DNA of 64,000 bases from Trichomonas gallinae (lineage: Eukaryota). The position numbers were made by a program, and so were the translations under genes. The notes under the pieces were generated by a model. That model made no database searches. It saw only the letters and a program-made list of their open reading frames with translations, and was not told the DNA's origin. Location of the stretch: NCBI GenBank assembly GCA_008369845.1, contig MRSU01009652.1, positions 1 to 64,000 of the forward strand, written 5' to 3'. Below, piece after piece: positions 10,059 through 21,739 of this stretch; position 1 is the stretch's first letter; each line of letters starts with the position of its first letter.

Positions 10059-10970
10059 ATGGATTTCAAGTGGCTGAGTGACCTTTCGACAGAATTCGAG
10101 GGCATTGGCATAGCTCCGACAAAGGTGGAAATCGTAGCAATGAAGGCATCTGTCGCAATCCTCTGCGAGAAATCAAATCATGACGTCGCGCATTTCTGGG
10201 GCAAAATAAAGGGAACTGAGCGCAATTATCTCATCATCGTCTGTTATACTGGTGGACTCCTCGGAAAGCGTACAACATACGCTTCTCTTGATGGAGTTTG
10301 CTGGTTCGGCCTTCCACTTGTTACAGATAAACTAATTTCACACGTTACTAACATCAGAGCGCCTATTAAGGGCCAGCCTCTCCTTAAGACGCCAGTCCGT
10401 CATCCAAGGAAGACTGAAGCATTTAAAGATTTACAGCCATTAGTTCCACCAAAGCCAAGAACAGAAGAAGAGGAGGAGGAAGAAGAACAGAAAGAGGAAG
10501 AACCAGAAAATGAAGAAGAAGAAAAGGAAGAAGAGGAAGAATTACCAGAATACGAAGAATCACAAGTTGGTGAAGACCAGCGTCTTTCAGTCCTTGTCCA
10601 TCTTATTGACAAGAGAGGTCTGATCTTCCCACAGGATGCTCTCCTCTGGAAGTCTTCAAAAGAAGTTAAAGCAAATCCGTTGTTTAAAGGTATAGTTCCT
10701 GACGCCACATTATTCGATTTCTGCCGCCTTGATAAGGATATTCGCGGCGAATCTCAGCGTTCTAACGGTATTGTTGATACAATGCCTCCATTATCAGAAG
10801 ATCTTCCACCAAGTGGCTGGAAACTTTCTCAGGATCCACGCACTGGCACTGTTAAAGTCAATTCCCGCGTTTGGCCAGGACTTACATTCATATGCAAGGG
10901 AAGCAAATGGGGAACTGTTTACTTAGGCGATGGACAACGCAATACAGACTATTTATTCGCTGCTGAATAA
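10059..10970 (+). CDS. RSPH9: Radial spoke head protein 9 homolog
   Basis: HFWGKIKG..NYLI, SLDGVCWFGLP, an acidic insert, EDQRLSVLVHLID, and C-terminal SRVWPGLTF...GTVYLGDGQRNTDYLF match the RSP9 / RSP4-6 fold. The length fits RSP9. Confidence 0.8.
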   Translation: MDFKWLSDLSTEFEGIGIAPTKVEIVAMKASVAILCEKSNHDVAHFWGKIKGTERNYLIIVCYTGGLLGKRTTYASLDGVCWFGLPLVTDKLISHVTNIRAPIKGQPLLKTPVRHPRKTEAFKDLQPLVPPKPRTEEEEEEEEQKEEEPENEEEEKEEEEELPEYEESQVGEDQRLSVLVHLIDKRGLIFPQDALLWKSSKEVKANPLFKGIVPDATLFDFCRLDKDIRGESQRSNGIVDTMPPLSEDLPPSGWKLSQDPRTGTVKVNSRVWPGLTFICKGSKWGTVYLGDGQRNTDYLFAAE

Positions 10971-11048
10971 TTAAATTTATTATATTTCCCTAATTTTTGA
11001 TTAAATGATTATTTTTTATATCTAATTAAAAAAATCTTAAATAATAAA

Positions 11049-12044
11049 TCAAACAGACCATTTATCAGAGAATTTCTCGCCACAATGAACAACTTGGATG
11101 TGAATATTTCTCGAAATACTCATTCTTTGCATAAAAACAATGGCAATGACAAGGCCAATGCCCATTGAATCAAGAGGCTGATTCTTTCCAAACCAAACAA
11201 AAATATTATCTGCATCTCGCAAAATATAAGCGTTTTCGTTTCTGCATAAGCTCAACGATGCCTCATTCTTAAAAGCAACCAATTGGAAATCAATTTGGTC
11301 GCCGTTTGAAATAACTTGATAAATTTCACGACGATCTGGAGTATCTGGTTGAATTTCCGCTCTCTTTGGCTCATCTATTGGTGATGAAGACAAAGCTCTG
11401 ATGAATTCTCTGTCATCATTACCCTGATAAACAATTTTCGGAAGATCATCTCTTCCTACTGCGAATTTGAAAGATCCAGCAAGCTCAGCAGCTTGTAAAC
11501 GAGGATGGTACTCTGATTCGAAGCCAAACCAAAGGGTGCACGTTGCCCTTGTTCTCATAATATTAATATCTGATGTTTTAAGCGAAGAAACGCACGCAGC
11601 GACTTCATTCCAGTGTGGAAATGGAGTGAGCTTAAAATTATACAATGTTGTGAAGCCTCTGTTTGTAATAAATTCTAATCCTGGTGTAAGATGCCTAACA
11701 CCTCCAAATGGCGCGAAAATTTGAAGAAATTGCTTGCACTCGTATCCCTCGTACTCGTGATGAATGGATGCCGAATTTTTCAGTAAATTGAATAAAACTT
11801 GAATTCTTTCATTTACGTAAACCTCATCATCTGGATTAGAGAACGCACCACACCACAGGTAGATGTAATTTGAAGGTGGAGTGTCGAAATGATAAACAAC
11901 GTGCAAAACTAGATAAACAGATTGAGTGAAAAACGATCCTAAGTCTGATGTTTCCGTTAGAATATTATTTTCGTGGCGCCAGACGTGAATTCTTGTCTTG
12001 TTTTGTGCCAAAGCATTAGAAAACTCGTTAAAAGAAGCATCCAT
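11049..12044 (-). CDS. Gelsolin/severin-like actin-binding protein (about three gelsolin repeats, divergent)
   Basis: IHVWRHEN..., GSFFTQSVYLVL, IYLWCG, EYEGYECKQFLQIF, SSLKTSDINIM..TLWFG and AYILRDADNIFVWFGK. Confidence 0.75.
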   Translation of the reverse strand: MDASFNEFSNALAQNKTRIHVWRHENNILTETSDLGSFFTQSVYLVLHVVYHFDTPPSNYIYLWCGAFSNPDDEVYVNERIQVLFNLLKNSASIHHEYEGYECKQFLQIFAPFGGVRHLTPGLEFITNRGFTTLYNFKLTPFPHWNEVAACVSSLKTSDINIMRTRATCTLWFGFESEYHPRLQAAELAGSFKFAVGRDDLPKIVYQGNDDREFIRALSSSPIDEPKRAEIQPDTPDRREIYQVISNGDQIDFQLVAFKNEASLSLCRNENAYILRDADNIFVWFGKNQPLDSMGIGLVIAIVFMQRMSISRNIHIQVVHCGEKFSDKWSV

Positions 12045-12070
12045 TTTTTTTTATTTGACGATAAATTTGT

Positions 12071-12213
12071 TTACATGTCAAATAATCATATTTATGTCAT
12101 GTAAATTGATTTTGTAAATTTGTGTCATATATTGGATTTTTGCCACGTAAATTTCATTTTTATTTGACCAAAAAATTGTTTACGAGTCAAATATAAATAT
12201 TTTTGTCATGTAA
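12071..12213. promoter_or_regulatory. Cluster of TTACATGNCA-type motifs upstream of the gelsolin-like gene
   Basis: TTACATGTCA 12071, TGTCATGTAA 12095, TGCCACGTAA 12141, TTACGAGTCA 12179 and TGTCATGTAA 12204. Confidence 0.6.
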
Positions 12214-12464
12214 ATATATTTGGAAAATTATTTTTCATTGTATATCATTATATACCCAAAAGAAAGAAAATCTCATTAATTTTCATTGAGTTTTGCTTTT
12301 TCGCGCCTTTCTTCTTAATGGTTGTATATATATAATAGGCAAATAAACAAAATATAAGAAAACAAAATAATTTATTCTCTTTTTTATATATAAACAAGAA
12401 ATAACATACAAATACCAAACTACAGGAGTTCTCTAATATAATATATAGATAGAAAGATATATTA

Positions 12465-13397
12465 TTATTTTGGATTTTTCACAATTGAATGATTTGGCGC
12501 TGGAGGTTTAGGAGGTGATTTAAGCGGTGTTGCAGGTGGTGTTTGTGGTCTGTTGAATGATGTTGATTCAGAATTTGATCTCTGAATCTTATTATTTGAT
12601 AACATGAGAAAACTCTGTAATAAAGACTGCGGGAGCATCTTCAAGGAAGATAAAGTTGGTGAGTTTGAAACACCAAAACTAATTGGAGTATTTGGTCGTG
12701 GAGGCAATGGATGTGGCGGCGGTGGAACCTTCAATTCGCATTTCTTAACATAATTGTCGATTAATTTAAGCATCTGTTGACTGCATTGAGTCAAATTAAT
12801 ATTGACATAACCTTCAGACTGCGTAATAAGCGGCTCAAAGTTCATCAGCAAGAATGCAATATATTCAATGTCTGCGTCTTTCTTGATTCTCTGTATTTTA
12901 TCGATTAAAGCAACTGGATCAACATCTGGAGTGTTTTCCAATAATGATGATTTATCTGGGATTAAAGAGTTTTCGATGATTGAATTCGAAATCTGACTTG
13001 AAAATCCTGCTTTATCGTCAGGAATCGAATTAAATGATTTTTCAAGCGATTTAATATAGCCTTTTGTTATTTCTTTCCAATTTGTTTCTTCTATTGGAAT
13101 GAATGGTGTAGTATTTTCGACGATTTCTTGTAAAACTGACTCGATTGCGATTGAAATTTCTTCATTAGGACCAATAAACTGAATTAAGTTTTCGCAAGTA
13201 TCTGTAACATATTTGATGAATTCTTTTAATGATGAAAATTCGTTCTGAATAATTTTGTTTTTTATATTCAAAAATGCGATGGCAGGAGTTTCCAAATTAG
13301 ACAACATCTGCAAGCGTACAACTACTAATGAGCCAAGGGGTGAAGAAAACGCCTTGTCTAAAATTTCAACGCAAGTCGCACGCAGCAAAACATTCAT
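12465..13397 (-). CDS. BET-like protein: degenerate bromodomain, ET domain and Pro-rich tail
   Basis: CVEILDKAFSSPLG...FLNIKNKIIQNEFSSLKEFIKYV..TCEN resembles bromodomain helices Z, A and B. ALIDKIQRI...IAFLLMNFEP....VNINLTQCSQQMLKLIDNYVK resembles the ET domain. ATG is at 13397 (the track start at 13400 is TTG). Confidence 0.6.
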   Translation of the reverse strand: MNVLLRATCVEILDKAFSSPLGSLVVVRLQMLSNLETPAIAFLNIKNKIIQNEFSSLKEFIKYVTDTCENLIQFIGPNEEISIAIESVLQEIVENTTPFIPIEETNWKEITKGYIKSLEKSFNSIPDDKAGFSSQISNSIIENSLIPDKSSLLENTPDVDPVALIDKIQRIKKDADIEYIAFLLMNFEPLITQSEGYVNINLTQCSQQMLKLIDNYVKKCELKVPPPPHPLPPRPNTPISFGVSNSPTLSSLKMLPQSLLQSFLMLSNNKIQRSNSESTSFNRPQTPPATPLKSPPKPPAPNHSIVKNPK

Positions 13398-14097
13398 CAA
13401 AAAAAATTATAAAATTGGTTTTACATTTTTACTTGATACTTGGAATCTATTGTTTATAATTAAGCTATTTTCATAAAAAATTTTTGTTGAGATGCTCAAA
13501 TTCTTTGATACATCAAGCATTTGTTGTTTGTATATAAAGTTATAATAACATATTAATACTTTTCTGCTTTATGGCTTATCAAAGCATGAAATATTCTCTA
13601 ATAACAAATTTGAAGAAATAAAAATATCAAAACAATTCGGAATTATATGGAGAGAAAGATGATGAAAACCAATGATGAGATGATATCAAAGCATAGAGCA
13701 CCACGTTAATATGATTTTTCAAAACAAAAAAAAAATAGGTAAAGTAAACTAATTTAGAATTAAATCAATATTGTATAATGCAATATTACTGCAATCAATT
13801 GATAAATAGTAGATTGAAATGGAGTTTCAATCGAAATAATTTAATAATCATGAATACATCATTGATAAGAATATGAATGAAGATAATTATATGTGGTTAT
13901 TATAAAATTTGTTCAAATGTTCAGATTAGTGTTAAAAATCTAATTGAATTAAATTGAAATTTGTTTTTTGACAATGGAACTTCTAGATTATTCTTGTAGA
14001 TATCTATAGATCGGTTTTCAACTGCATCATTATCATTCTTTTGAGTCAAATATGAAATGGAAAAAAAAATATATAGCTAAGCAAAAATAATGTAAGC

Positions 14098-14655
14098 TCA
14101 AAAGCGAATAAATCTTCTCATGAAACGCTTGTGGTATTCATTTCGGACAGTATCATTAACATGCAAAGTATCATGTGTTTGAACATCCATAAGTTGATTT
14201 CTGAAAACTGTTTCATCTCTCCAGTCGATTTTCATCGAGTAATCTGGGTTTAACATTGGATTCTGAGTCAATTTTTTTTGTTGTTGCAATTGCAATTCAC
14301 GAGCTTTCCTTTCCTCTTCCTCTGTGCGTTCCTTTTTGAGTCTCTGTAGCTCCTGTAATATTTCCTGATCCTCATCATCATCGCTTGAATCAGAATCAGA
14401 ACTTATTGACTCAGATTCAGAGTCTGCGTCAATATCTTCGAAGTCTTCAACATCTTTAAGAGACACTGATTCTGCTTTTATCTGATTCAGCTTCGAAAGC
14501 ATTGCCTCTTTGTTAATCGCCTTTTTTGGCCTGAATTTCAGCTTTGTGTTACCAGGAAGTGATCTAACCATCTGGTGTGCTGTCGGAAGATACGAATGTG
14601 CTGGATCTTCAGTGCCTTTTCGCGGTCTGTATGTTGGTCTTCCTGTACCACTCAT
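14098..14655 (-). CDS. CWC15: Spliceosomal NTC-associated protein Cwc15/Cwf15
   Basis: N-terminal RPTYRPRKG, LPGNTKLKFR, an acidic middle, ELQRLKKER, and C-terminal WRDETVFRNQ and VNDTVRNEYHKRFMRRFI. Confidence 0.9.
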   Translation of the reverse strand: MSGTGRPTYRPRKGTEDPAHSYLPTAHQMVRSLPGNTKLKFRPKKAINKEAMLSKLNQIKAESVSLKDVEDFEDIDADSESESISSDSDSSDDDEDQEILQELQRLKKERTEEEERKARELQLQQQKKLTQNPMLNPDYSMKIDWRDETVFRNQLMDVQTHDTLHVNDTVRNEYHKRFMRRFIRF

Positions 14656-15872
14656 CTATGTCAAAATTTCTTATTTAGGGTCTACCCTAATTTATTATTA
14701 TTTAAGGTTAATCATTAAAGTCAACTTTCTCTTTATTAAATAGCTCCATCGTCTATATACATGGTCTTATATTACATTTTATGACGCTATTATATTGATA
14801 ATGCAACTAAATATCTATTTTTTATATTATTTATATCGATTTCAAAATATTTTTGTGTTTATACAAGTTTTAAGCATGATAATTCAAATATAATCGATGT
14901 GTGTTATATATTTAATGTGTGGTTCATTCATTTTGTCAATGTTTTATGCCTATTGTTGATGCATTTTCCAATTTTTTAGGGATTTATGGATGCTAGATGA
15001 TTGCATCAATAATTTTATTGTTAAATATGTATTAAAATTGTTTCCCAATTAATAATCTTATTATCTATTCTAGATAACCTTGATTATATTCCAAGAATCA
15101 ACCACTTCTACAAAAGAATGCTACATTTATATATGCATATCACAGCTTAATCGATTCATGAATGATAGAAAGGTCAAATGTTCAGATTCCAATCCAACCA
15201 AATTTATTAGTTCGCCCAAATCGCAAATTTCTTTGATGGATTCGAGAGAAATGTCGTCTCAAGTATAATTCCTACCCAAATTTGATTAAGATGGATAGAA
15301 GTAATCAAAAAAAATTATAAACATACGATTATTTTCGATTCAAATTTCAAAGTGATATAAATTGGAATTTGCATTATAATGATAGTTTCACACATTTTTG
15401 TTTGCTGTCACACCCATAAAAAGTTTTTTCAATAAATTGAAATATTGGTTAACGATTATTTTTGATTCAAAATTTGTGTTCACAAAAAGTATCTTTGGCT
15501 TGTATTACTTATTACCACAAGAATTTTGACTTCCTAAAAATTTCTTATCAAACTATTTTTATCGTTTGATGCGCAATAAAGATATACTCATAATCCATAT
15601 AATGTGTCCAGTCAACCAGCCAAAGTCAAAGAAATTATTTATATTTGTTGTTTATAATATGATCTATATGAACCTATATTATACTTTTTTTTAAACAAAT
15701 ACTATTATGAAATCTGAAATCTTTAAGAAAAAAAAAAACATGTTTTAATTATACCATAAGTGTAATTAAAATTAGATATACCAAATCTTCCAGGCATTGT
15801 CCTAAAATCAAAATATTTCAATTAATTTTTATCGTCCTCTAAAAAAATAGTGTTGCATTTATTTTTCAAATA

Positions 15873-17585
15873 ATGACACACTATTATCAATATCAGACCG
15901 ACGACAACCAGTATTATTACTACAAGATTGACGACGGTTCTACAACTTATGATTTTCCTGTTGATTCGATCATTTATGATCCAAATACATCATTATGTAT
16001 ATATTCACCAGGAAATCCTATCCCATCTTACGCAAGATGCGAAGGAAGACCAATATCGAATGAAACAAAGAAAATTCAGTACGAAAAGAAAGAAAAAACA
16101 ACAGACAGCGATGATTTTAGAGAACAACAGAACGAACGACATCAATTCGCTTCAGTTTCTCCGTCAATAAGAAAAAGAGAAAGGCAAGCGGCCGATATAA
16201 TAAAAGAACAATTACAGCCTGTATCAGTTGGGCGCCGTCCACGCAGGGCCAAAACCTTTGCACCGCAATCAATCGGCATAATTCGTGAACCAGTTACAGT
16301 TGAAGTGTTCAGCAAAGATGAAATCATGAAAGATGTCAATAACTTTGATAGAGAAGCTTTAGCTGATCGAATCATTGCGCACAGGAAAGTTGGTTTCCTT
16401 TTACGTCGCAGAACGCGCTCTATCCAGGAAGTTATTAAATTCGAAAATCAAGTACTTCATAAATCTCTCTTATCTACAGTTCCAAAAGAACTGCAGAAAG
16501 AGGCGGTCAAATGTTTCGAGGCTATATTAATCTATACAGGTTTAAAAAAATCGCAAGGAGTTTTAAGCGACAATATAGTATTTTTAGTAAATACAGCATA
16601 TTCCAACGAAATTCTCCGAGACGAAATCTATTTTCAGCTCATCAAGCAAACAAATGGAAATCCAAACGATGATTGCAACAAAAAGACATGGGAACTTTTA
16701 TTGCTCTTCACGACATTATTTACTTCATCGAAAGATCTTTATCAATACATTATAGGACATCTCGCTACAAATCTCCTCAATACAGAGCTCGCAAAGAACA
16801 TTCATCCAATCGTAGAATTATCTTACCTTAAATACAAAGCTAGGATGTGTTCTGGCAAGTGTGCCAAGGATCCTGGCCCATACGCCTTACTCGACTTGAT
16901 GAAAGCCCCAACAAAAAGTTCGGATTGTATCGGAATTTCTATTAACGAGTGCCTTTGGGTTCAAAGGAACATCAAGCCGAATTCTAGCTTCCCACAGACA
17001 AAAAGATGCCTTTATGCGCCTGAAGCACCAATTCCGATTATTCTTGACTTAATGGCAAGAAGAATCATTGAAAAAGGTGCCAAAAACATGCAAGGTATAT
17101 TCAGAATCCCAGGGTCTAACAAGAAAATCGAAGAAACTCTTGAAAAAATTAATTGTAACGCAGATTGTATCAATAATCTTGAAATTCATGATATATGTTC
17201 ATTTTTCAAACGTTGGTGGGCTGAACTTCCGAAGAAGGTCATCCCTGATGATCAATTGGAAACATTTTTAGATATTATCAAAAATTCACGCGGTGGGCAT
17301 CCAGATGATAAAAAGCTTCTCAATCTCCTTGATCCTCCAGATCGTATTGCACTTCTATATCTTGCTGGTTTCCTTAGAGAACTTTCACTTTCAGAAAAAA
17401 CTACGTTGATGGGCGCATCTAACCTTGCGCTCGTCTTCTCTCCGAATATGTTCAATATGCCGAATGATATGAAGCTCGCAAAAGACATTCAAGTTGAAAT
17501 TCAAGGATTTTTAATGCGCTTAATCCAAAATGCTGATGTAGAAGGTATATATCCATATGTGGGAAACGAATATAAAGGTAAATGA
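15873..17585 (+). CDS. WW-like / MyTH4 / RhoGAP protein (ARHGAP39/Vilse-like architecture)
   Basis: MyTH4 motif LRDEIYFQLIKQTNGNP...KTWELL. RhoGAP motifs GIFRIPG (Arg finger), ICSFFKRWWAELP and MGASNLALVFSPNMF. Confidence 0.9.
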   Translation: MTHYYQYQTDDNQYYYYKIDDGSTTYDFPVDSIIYDPNTSLCIYSPGNPIPSYARCEGRPISNETKKIQYEKKEKTTDSDDFREQQNERHQFASVSPSIRKRERQAADIIKEQLQPVSVGRRPRRAKTFAPQSIGIIREPVTVEVFSKDEIMKDVNNFDREALADRIIAHRKVGFLLRRRTRSIQEVIKFENQVLHKSLLSTVPKELQKEAVKCFEAILIYTGLKKSQGVLSDNIVFLVNTAYSNEILRDEIYFQLIKQTNGNPNDDCNKKTWELLLLFTTLFTSSKDLYQYIIGHLATNLLNTELAKNIHPIVELSYLKYKARMCSGKCAKDPGPYALLDLMKAPTKSSDCIGISINECLWVQRNIKPNSSFPQTKRCLYAPEAPIPIILDLMARRIIEKGAKNMQGIFRIPGSNKKIEETLEKINCNADCINNLEIHDICSFFKRWWAELPKKVIPDDQLETFLDIIKNSRGGHPDDKKLLNLLDPPDRIALLYLAGFLRELSLSEKTTLMGASNLALVFSPNMFNMPNDMKLAKDIQVEIQGFLMRLIQNADVEGIYPYVGNEYKGK

Positions 17586-19595
17586 GTCGGATTTTTGTTG
17601 TTGGAAGAATTTGAAATTTTTGTATTAATTTTATTTTGTTGCCATTAGTATTTAATGCGAATAAATAATCTATGTAAGTCAAGTTATCCAGCGCCTTCTT
17701 TTCATTGCTCATTCTCATATGAAGAAAAACACAAATTTCAATTTCGCGGATTGGTTGTTTTAATCTCGCGAAATAGTAGCCTAGACTGCACTTATTATAA
17801 TAAGAAGCTCACAAACTGATTATATGTATCCAAAAAAAAACAAGAACAATCTTTTCATATAAACAGTCTATAAGCTGCATAGATGATGCAACATGAACAA
17901 CTCATTGGAAATAATCAGTAAAAGTCTGTGCATTTTTACATTTACACTTAAGTCAACAAATTCATATAGATCATAATTTACAAATGAGATCTGAGGGAAT
18001 ATATTTAAGCTATATGCGTACTATATATGATCACGAAGTTGGAAAAACAGATTCTCATAATACTGTTTTGTAAAGTGACGGATTTTAAAAATGGATTTTG
18101 ATACCATTTATAGAACTACCTTAGTATGTTCTTCCGAGGGGTATCAATTTTGGTCGAAAATTGGGAGCTAGCGGTCAGATGCGCGTTTAGCCGCCAAATG
18201 TGTATACCGTAAATCATTTCAAAATAATTTTTAAATGAAGAAATCCAAATCTGGCTATAATAAGCATAGAATATACAGTGGTTGTCAATAGCAATGATTC
18301 CTTAAAGTTAAATACTCTATTGTTGGTTTATTCAATACTAGAATAAACTTGAATATTTCTAGTGTATATCTTTTCACTAATAAATCAGATCAACTTTCCC
18401 ATACAAACTATACTTAATGTTGTACGAATTCATCTATATTCAATATTTTTCTTTCATTTTAGAAGTCCAAAACTTGAATTATACACAATATGGCATCAAT
18501 ATTATACATCACTAACAATGGATTAGTCAGCATGCGAAGTCTAAGTTGTGAATTAAATCAATCATGGAATTATCCACAAAATTGACTAGAAATGATTGGA
18601 AAGATGAATTCGGTGTTTTTCCAAAGAAAATTTAGTGAACGTTTAAAATTTTGTCAATAATAAGGTTAAAACGTGCTCTTTATATTTTATAAATAGAAAC
18701 AAAATGAGGTATTAAGGAAGGAACGAAAAGAATTCTATTCTCATGATGATGCAGAAATTACTATCAAAGATGGCTCAAAGCAAGCTTTAAAAAAATCAAT
18801 TAATATATTTACGTGAATTGTTGTTTGTTTCGACAATTCTCGCAAATTTCTATTTATTTTGATTCGATTACAAGTAATACACAACACTTATAATATATAT
18901 CAGCATTAAATTGATATAATTTTTTTGATAAAAACATGTTTCTAGATATATGCTTTCAGCTAAATTATTAGATATATTTTTCGATTATGAAACGTGTTGA
19001 GCGATTCTTTTTGATATGTTTCAAATCATAATCCTTGATTAAAAAAAATGGAAAATATTTTTTCATGGAATTTGGGATGCTCAAGTGTAAACTGTCTTAT
19101 TTTTGTTTAGCAATGACAATATAGTCATTAGTTAAGTGCTTGAATCTTAAATTAGATTTCTATTGTAAAATGTTGGTAAGAAACTAATTTATGTCTGCAT
19201 TTTAGTTTTGATTCTTGTATTGATATCATATCTAACTGTAAATGCAAGATAATCAGAATCGATTTTGAAAATTTTGATAATCTGTAAAAATGGTGACTTA
19301 AAAACAGAAAATTATGTGATTAACATACTAAACATTGTGAATATCAACTTTGCGCCAAACGAATAGCAATACAAAATTTTATTATCATGATTAATGTCTT
19401 TTCTTTGATATTTAGTGGACACAATTTATGTTAAATCAAATATATAGCTGATTTATAAATAAATGCAAAATGGAAAGAAAAATTTGAAATTTTTTGTAAG
19501 TAACATAATTATTAGGCATGGTTTAATATAATAAATAACATATAATTCCGCTGGTTCGACTATCAAAGAAGATACGGACAAAAAGAACAAGAATC

Positions 19596-19976
19596 TTAAT
19601 CGATCTTGTTGATGGGTATCAATGTTAAGCCATTCATGGGCTTCACACTTGCAAATTGAAATGGTTCTAGTACTGGATATATACCAAAACTTTCTATTGG
19701 CGGAAGCAGATTTTGTTTTACTGGTGATGGCTTGGGCGGCGCTTTCGCTCTGGCCGCCGTATTTGTTGCCAAAGTCATGTTTTTGGCTATCTCTCTATAT
19801 CTAACTCTTTCAGATTCTGGTAAATTTTTCCATTGCTCTGATATAACTTTAGAAATATCTAAAGGTGAGAAAAAAGGACATGCTTTATGCACTTGGTGCC
19901 TAATCTCTTTGCTAAATATGAAGAATCCTGTTGCATTCTTCTTGCCTTTATTTGATGTCTGAGCAATAGTTTCCAT
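19596..19976 (-). CDS. Single HMG-box protein
   Basis: KKNATGFFIFSKEIR...SPLDISKVISEQWKNLPESERVRYREIA. Confidence 0.85.
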   Translation of the reverse strand: METIAQTSNKGKKNATGFFIFSKEIRHQVHKACPFFSPLDISKVISEQWKNLPESERVRYREIAKNMTLATNTAARAKAPPKPSPVKQNLLPPIESFGIYPVLEPFQFASVKPMNGLTLIPINKID

Positions 19977-21305
19977 GAAAAAAAAAAACTAAAATAAAAT
20001 TGAATTGTTTATTTTTTTGAAATAATAGACAAAAAAAGTTGAAAATTCTGCATTGCAACATGAAACAAACCAGAACAATTTTAGTTTATGTAAATATTCA
20101 AAAATAAAATTTGTTTATTTGGATCTATATCTAATTCTAAATGCATGTGAAACATTGATATATTTTGAAAATAAATATTTGAGAAACCTTTGAAAAAATA
20201 TTATAGTTAAATATTTATTATATAACAGTTCTAAATTAAAATTTAGAAGAAAAAGAATTGAAAAAATTGTGGCAAAAAACTGCTAAAATTATTAAAAACT
20301 TAAAATATTGATCTGTTGACACTGTAATTTGGTTCTTTAGTGGGATAATTTTCAATGAAGGTATATTCAAATTCATCAACTCAAAAGCATCTAAATTTTG
20401 CATTAAGGTATAATTATATTTCGTATTGATATTTGGTAGGTATATTTCTAACAGCATTCATCGATGTTTTTTTGTTGCATTTTGAATAAAGTAAAATTAT
20501 TTTTCTATAATCAGTTGTTATGTTTATGATTTGAATATGGCATTTGTATCTACGCGTTTTTCTAAGCTTGTTTTTACTGATTTCAAAAAAAAATAATATT
20601 TTAACGGGCTTGCATTTATGCAATAACATGGTTATAGGTTCTGCTAATCGTTTTGTTAAGTTGCTTTTTTAAACATTCTTTTGAAATTTGATTTCTGTTT
20701 TTTTCTCGAACAAACATTTTAATCATCGGAATTCAAATTGGGGCATCAAAAAATTTAATTTTGTTTTCTCGGTACAAAGGAGTTGTTATATGAAAAATTT
20801 TGAATTTGATGGCTTTGTAAATCAAAATCTCGCGAAGATATAGCCTAAATCCAGTGGTGAACTATGCCATAGTTCCTCGAACATCAAAATTTTGCCTGGA
20901 GAAATATCAAAAATAATAAAAATAAATATAGAAGCGTCATTCAAGACTGAATGTATGTCTATACAGCAATCATTTGTAGTATATCAGAGATCAATTCCAA
21001 ATATGTACGAAAAATAAAAATAATAAAGCGATAAAAAGATTCCATTTTGAACCAAATTGGAGTGGGAACTAGTATCTGTGTGCTGGATATTGGCAATGTT
21101 ATGCTTCTTTTTAGCTACAAAATCAGTAACGAAGCTCCTTGAAAAAAACTATCGAACTTTTCAGATATCATCGGGAATTGTTGTCCAGAATCATCTGCTT
21201 TATACGTTTGCATTGTTAAAATAGAAAGTAAATATTTCAATACTTATCAAAAAAAATTTACATAAAAAAAAATGTTGCTGGACAACTTTTAATTTTTTTA
21301 TCATT

Positions 21306-21589
21306 ATTGGCTTGTTTATCTTGAGGAAATAATTTAATGTCAAAATACATGTTGATTTTCTTCAATATTTAACTCATTTTTTGTTGATATTTTAATATCT
21401 TCGAAATTTGACCAAAATGCACAATGAGAGCAGGATCATAATATATGAATGTATAGCTTCATCTTTTATCATATAGCTAACTTCAATTCTTGTCTATCTT
21501 TTTTAAAAAAAAAAATTGGCTTGTTTATCATGAGGAAACCATTTAATATCAAAATATATGTTGATTTTCTTCAATATTTAACTTATTTT
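21306..21589. repeat. Diverged ~75-bp direct repeat (21306-21380 and 21515-21589)
   Basis: ATTGGCTTGTTTATC.TGAGGAAA..ATTTAAT.TCAAAATA.ATGTTGATTTTCTTCAATATTTAACT.ATTTT is present twice. Confidence 0.9.
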
Positions 21590-21739
21590 GTCTAAAATGA
21601 TGCTTTTCATAAAAATCTTTGAATTCATTAACAAAACAAAGAGATTTTCACCCTATGCTTACAGATCAATCAATTTGTTCACATAATCGAGATTAAATTC
21701 AGAAAATGTCGTCGTTAGAATTATGAGATTGAGAATAAT

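Noticed and set aside
20236..20629. Short AT-rich minus-strand ORFs
   Set aside because: No recognisable domain and non-ATG starts. They could be decayed gene remnants but this is unsupported.
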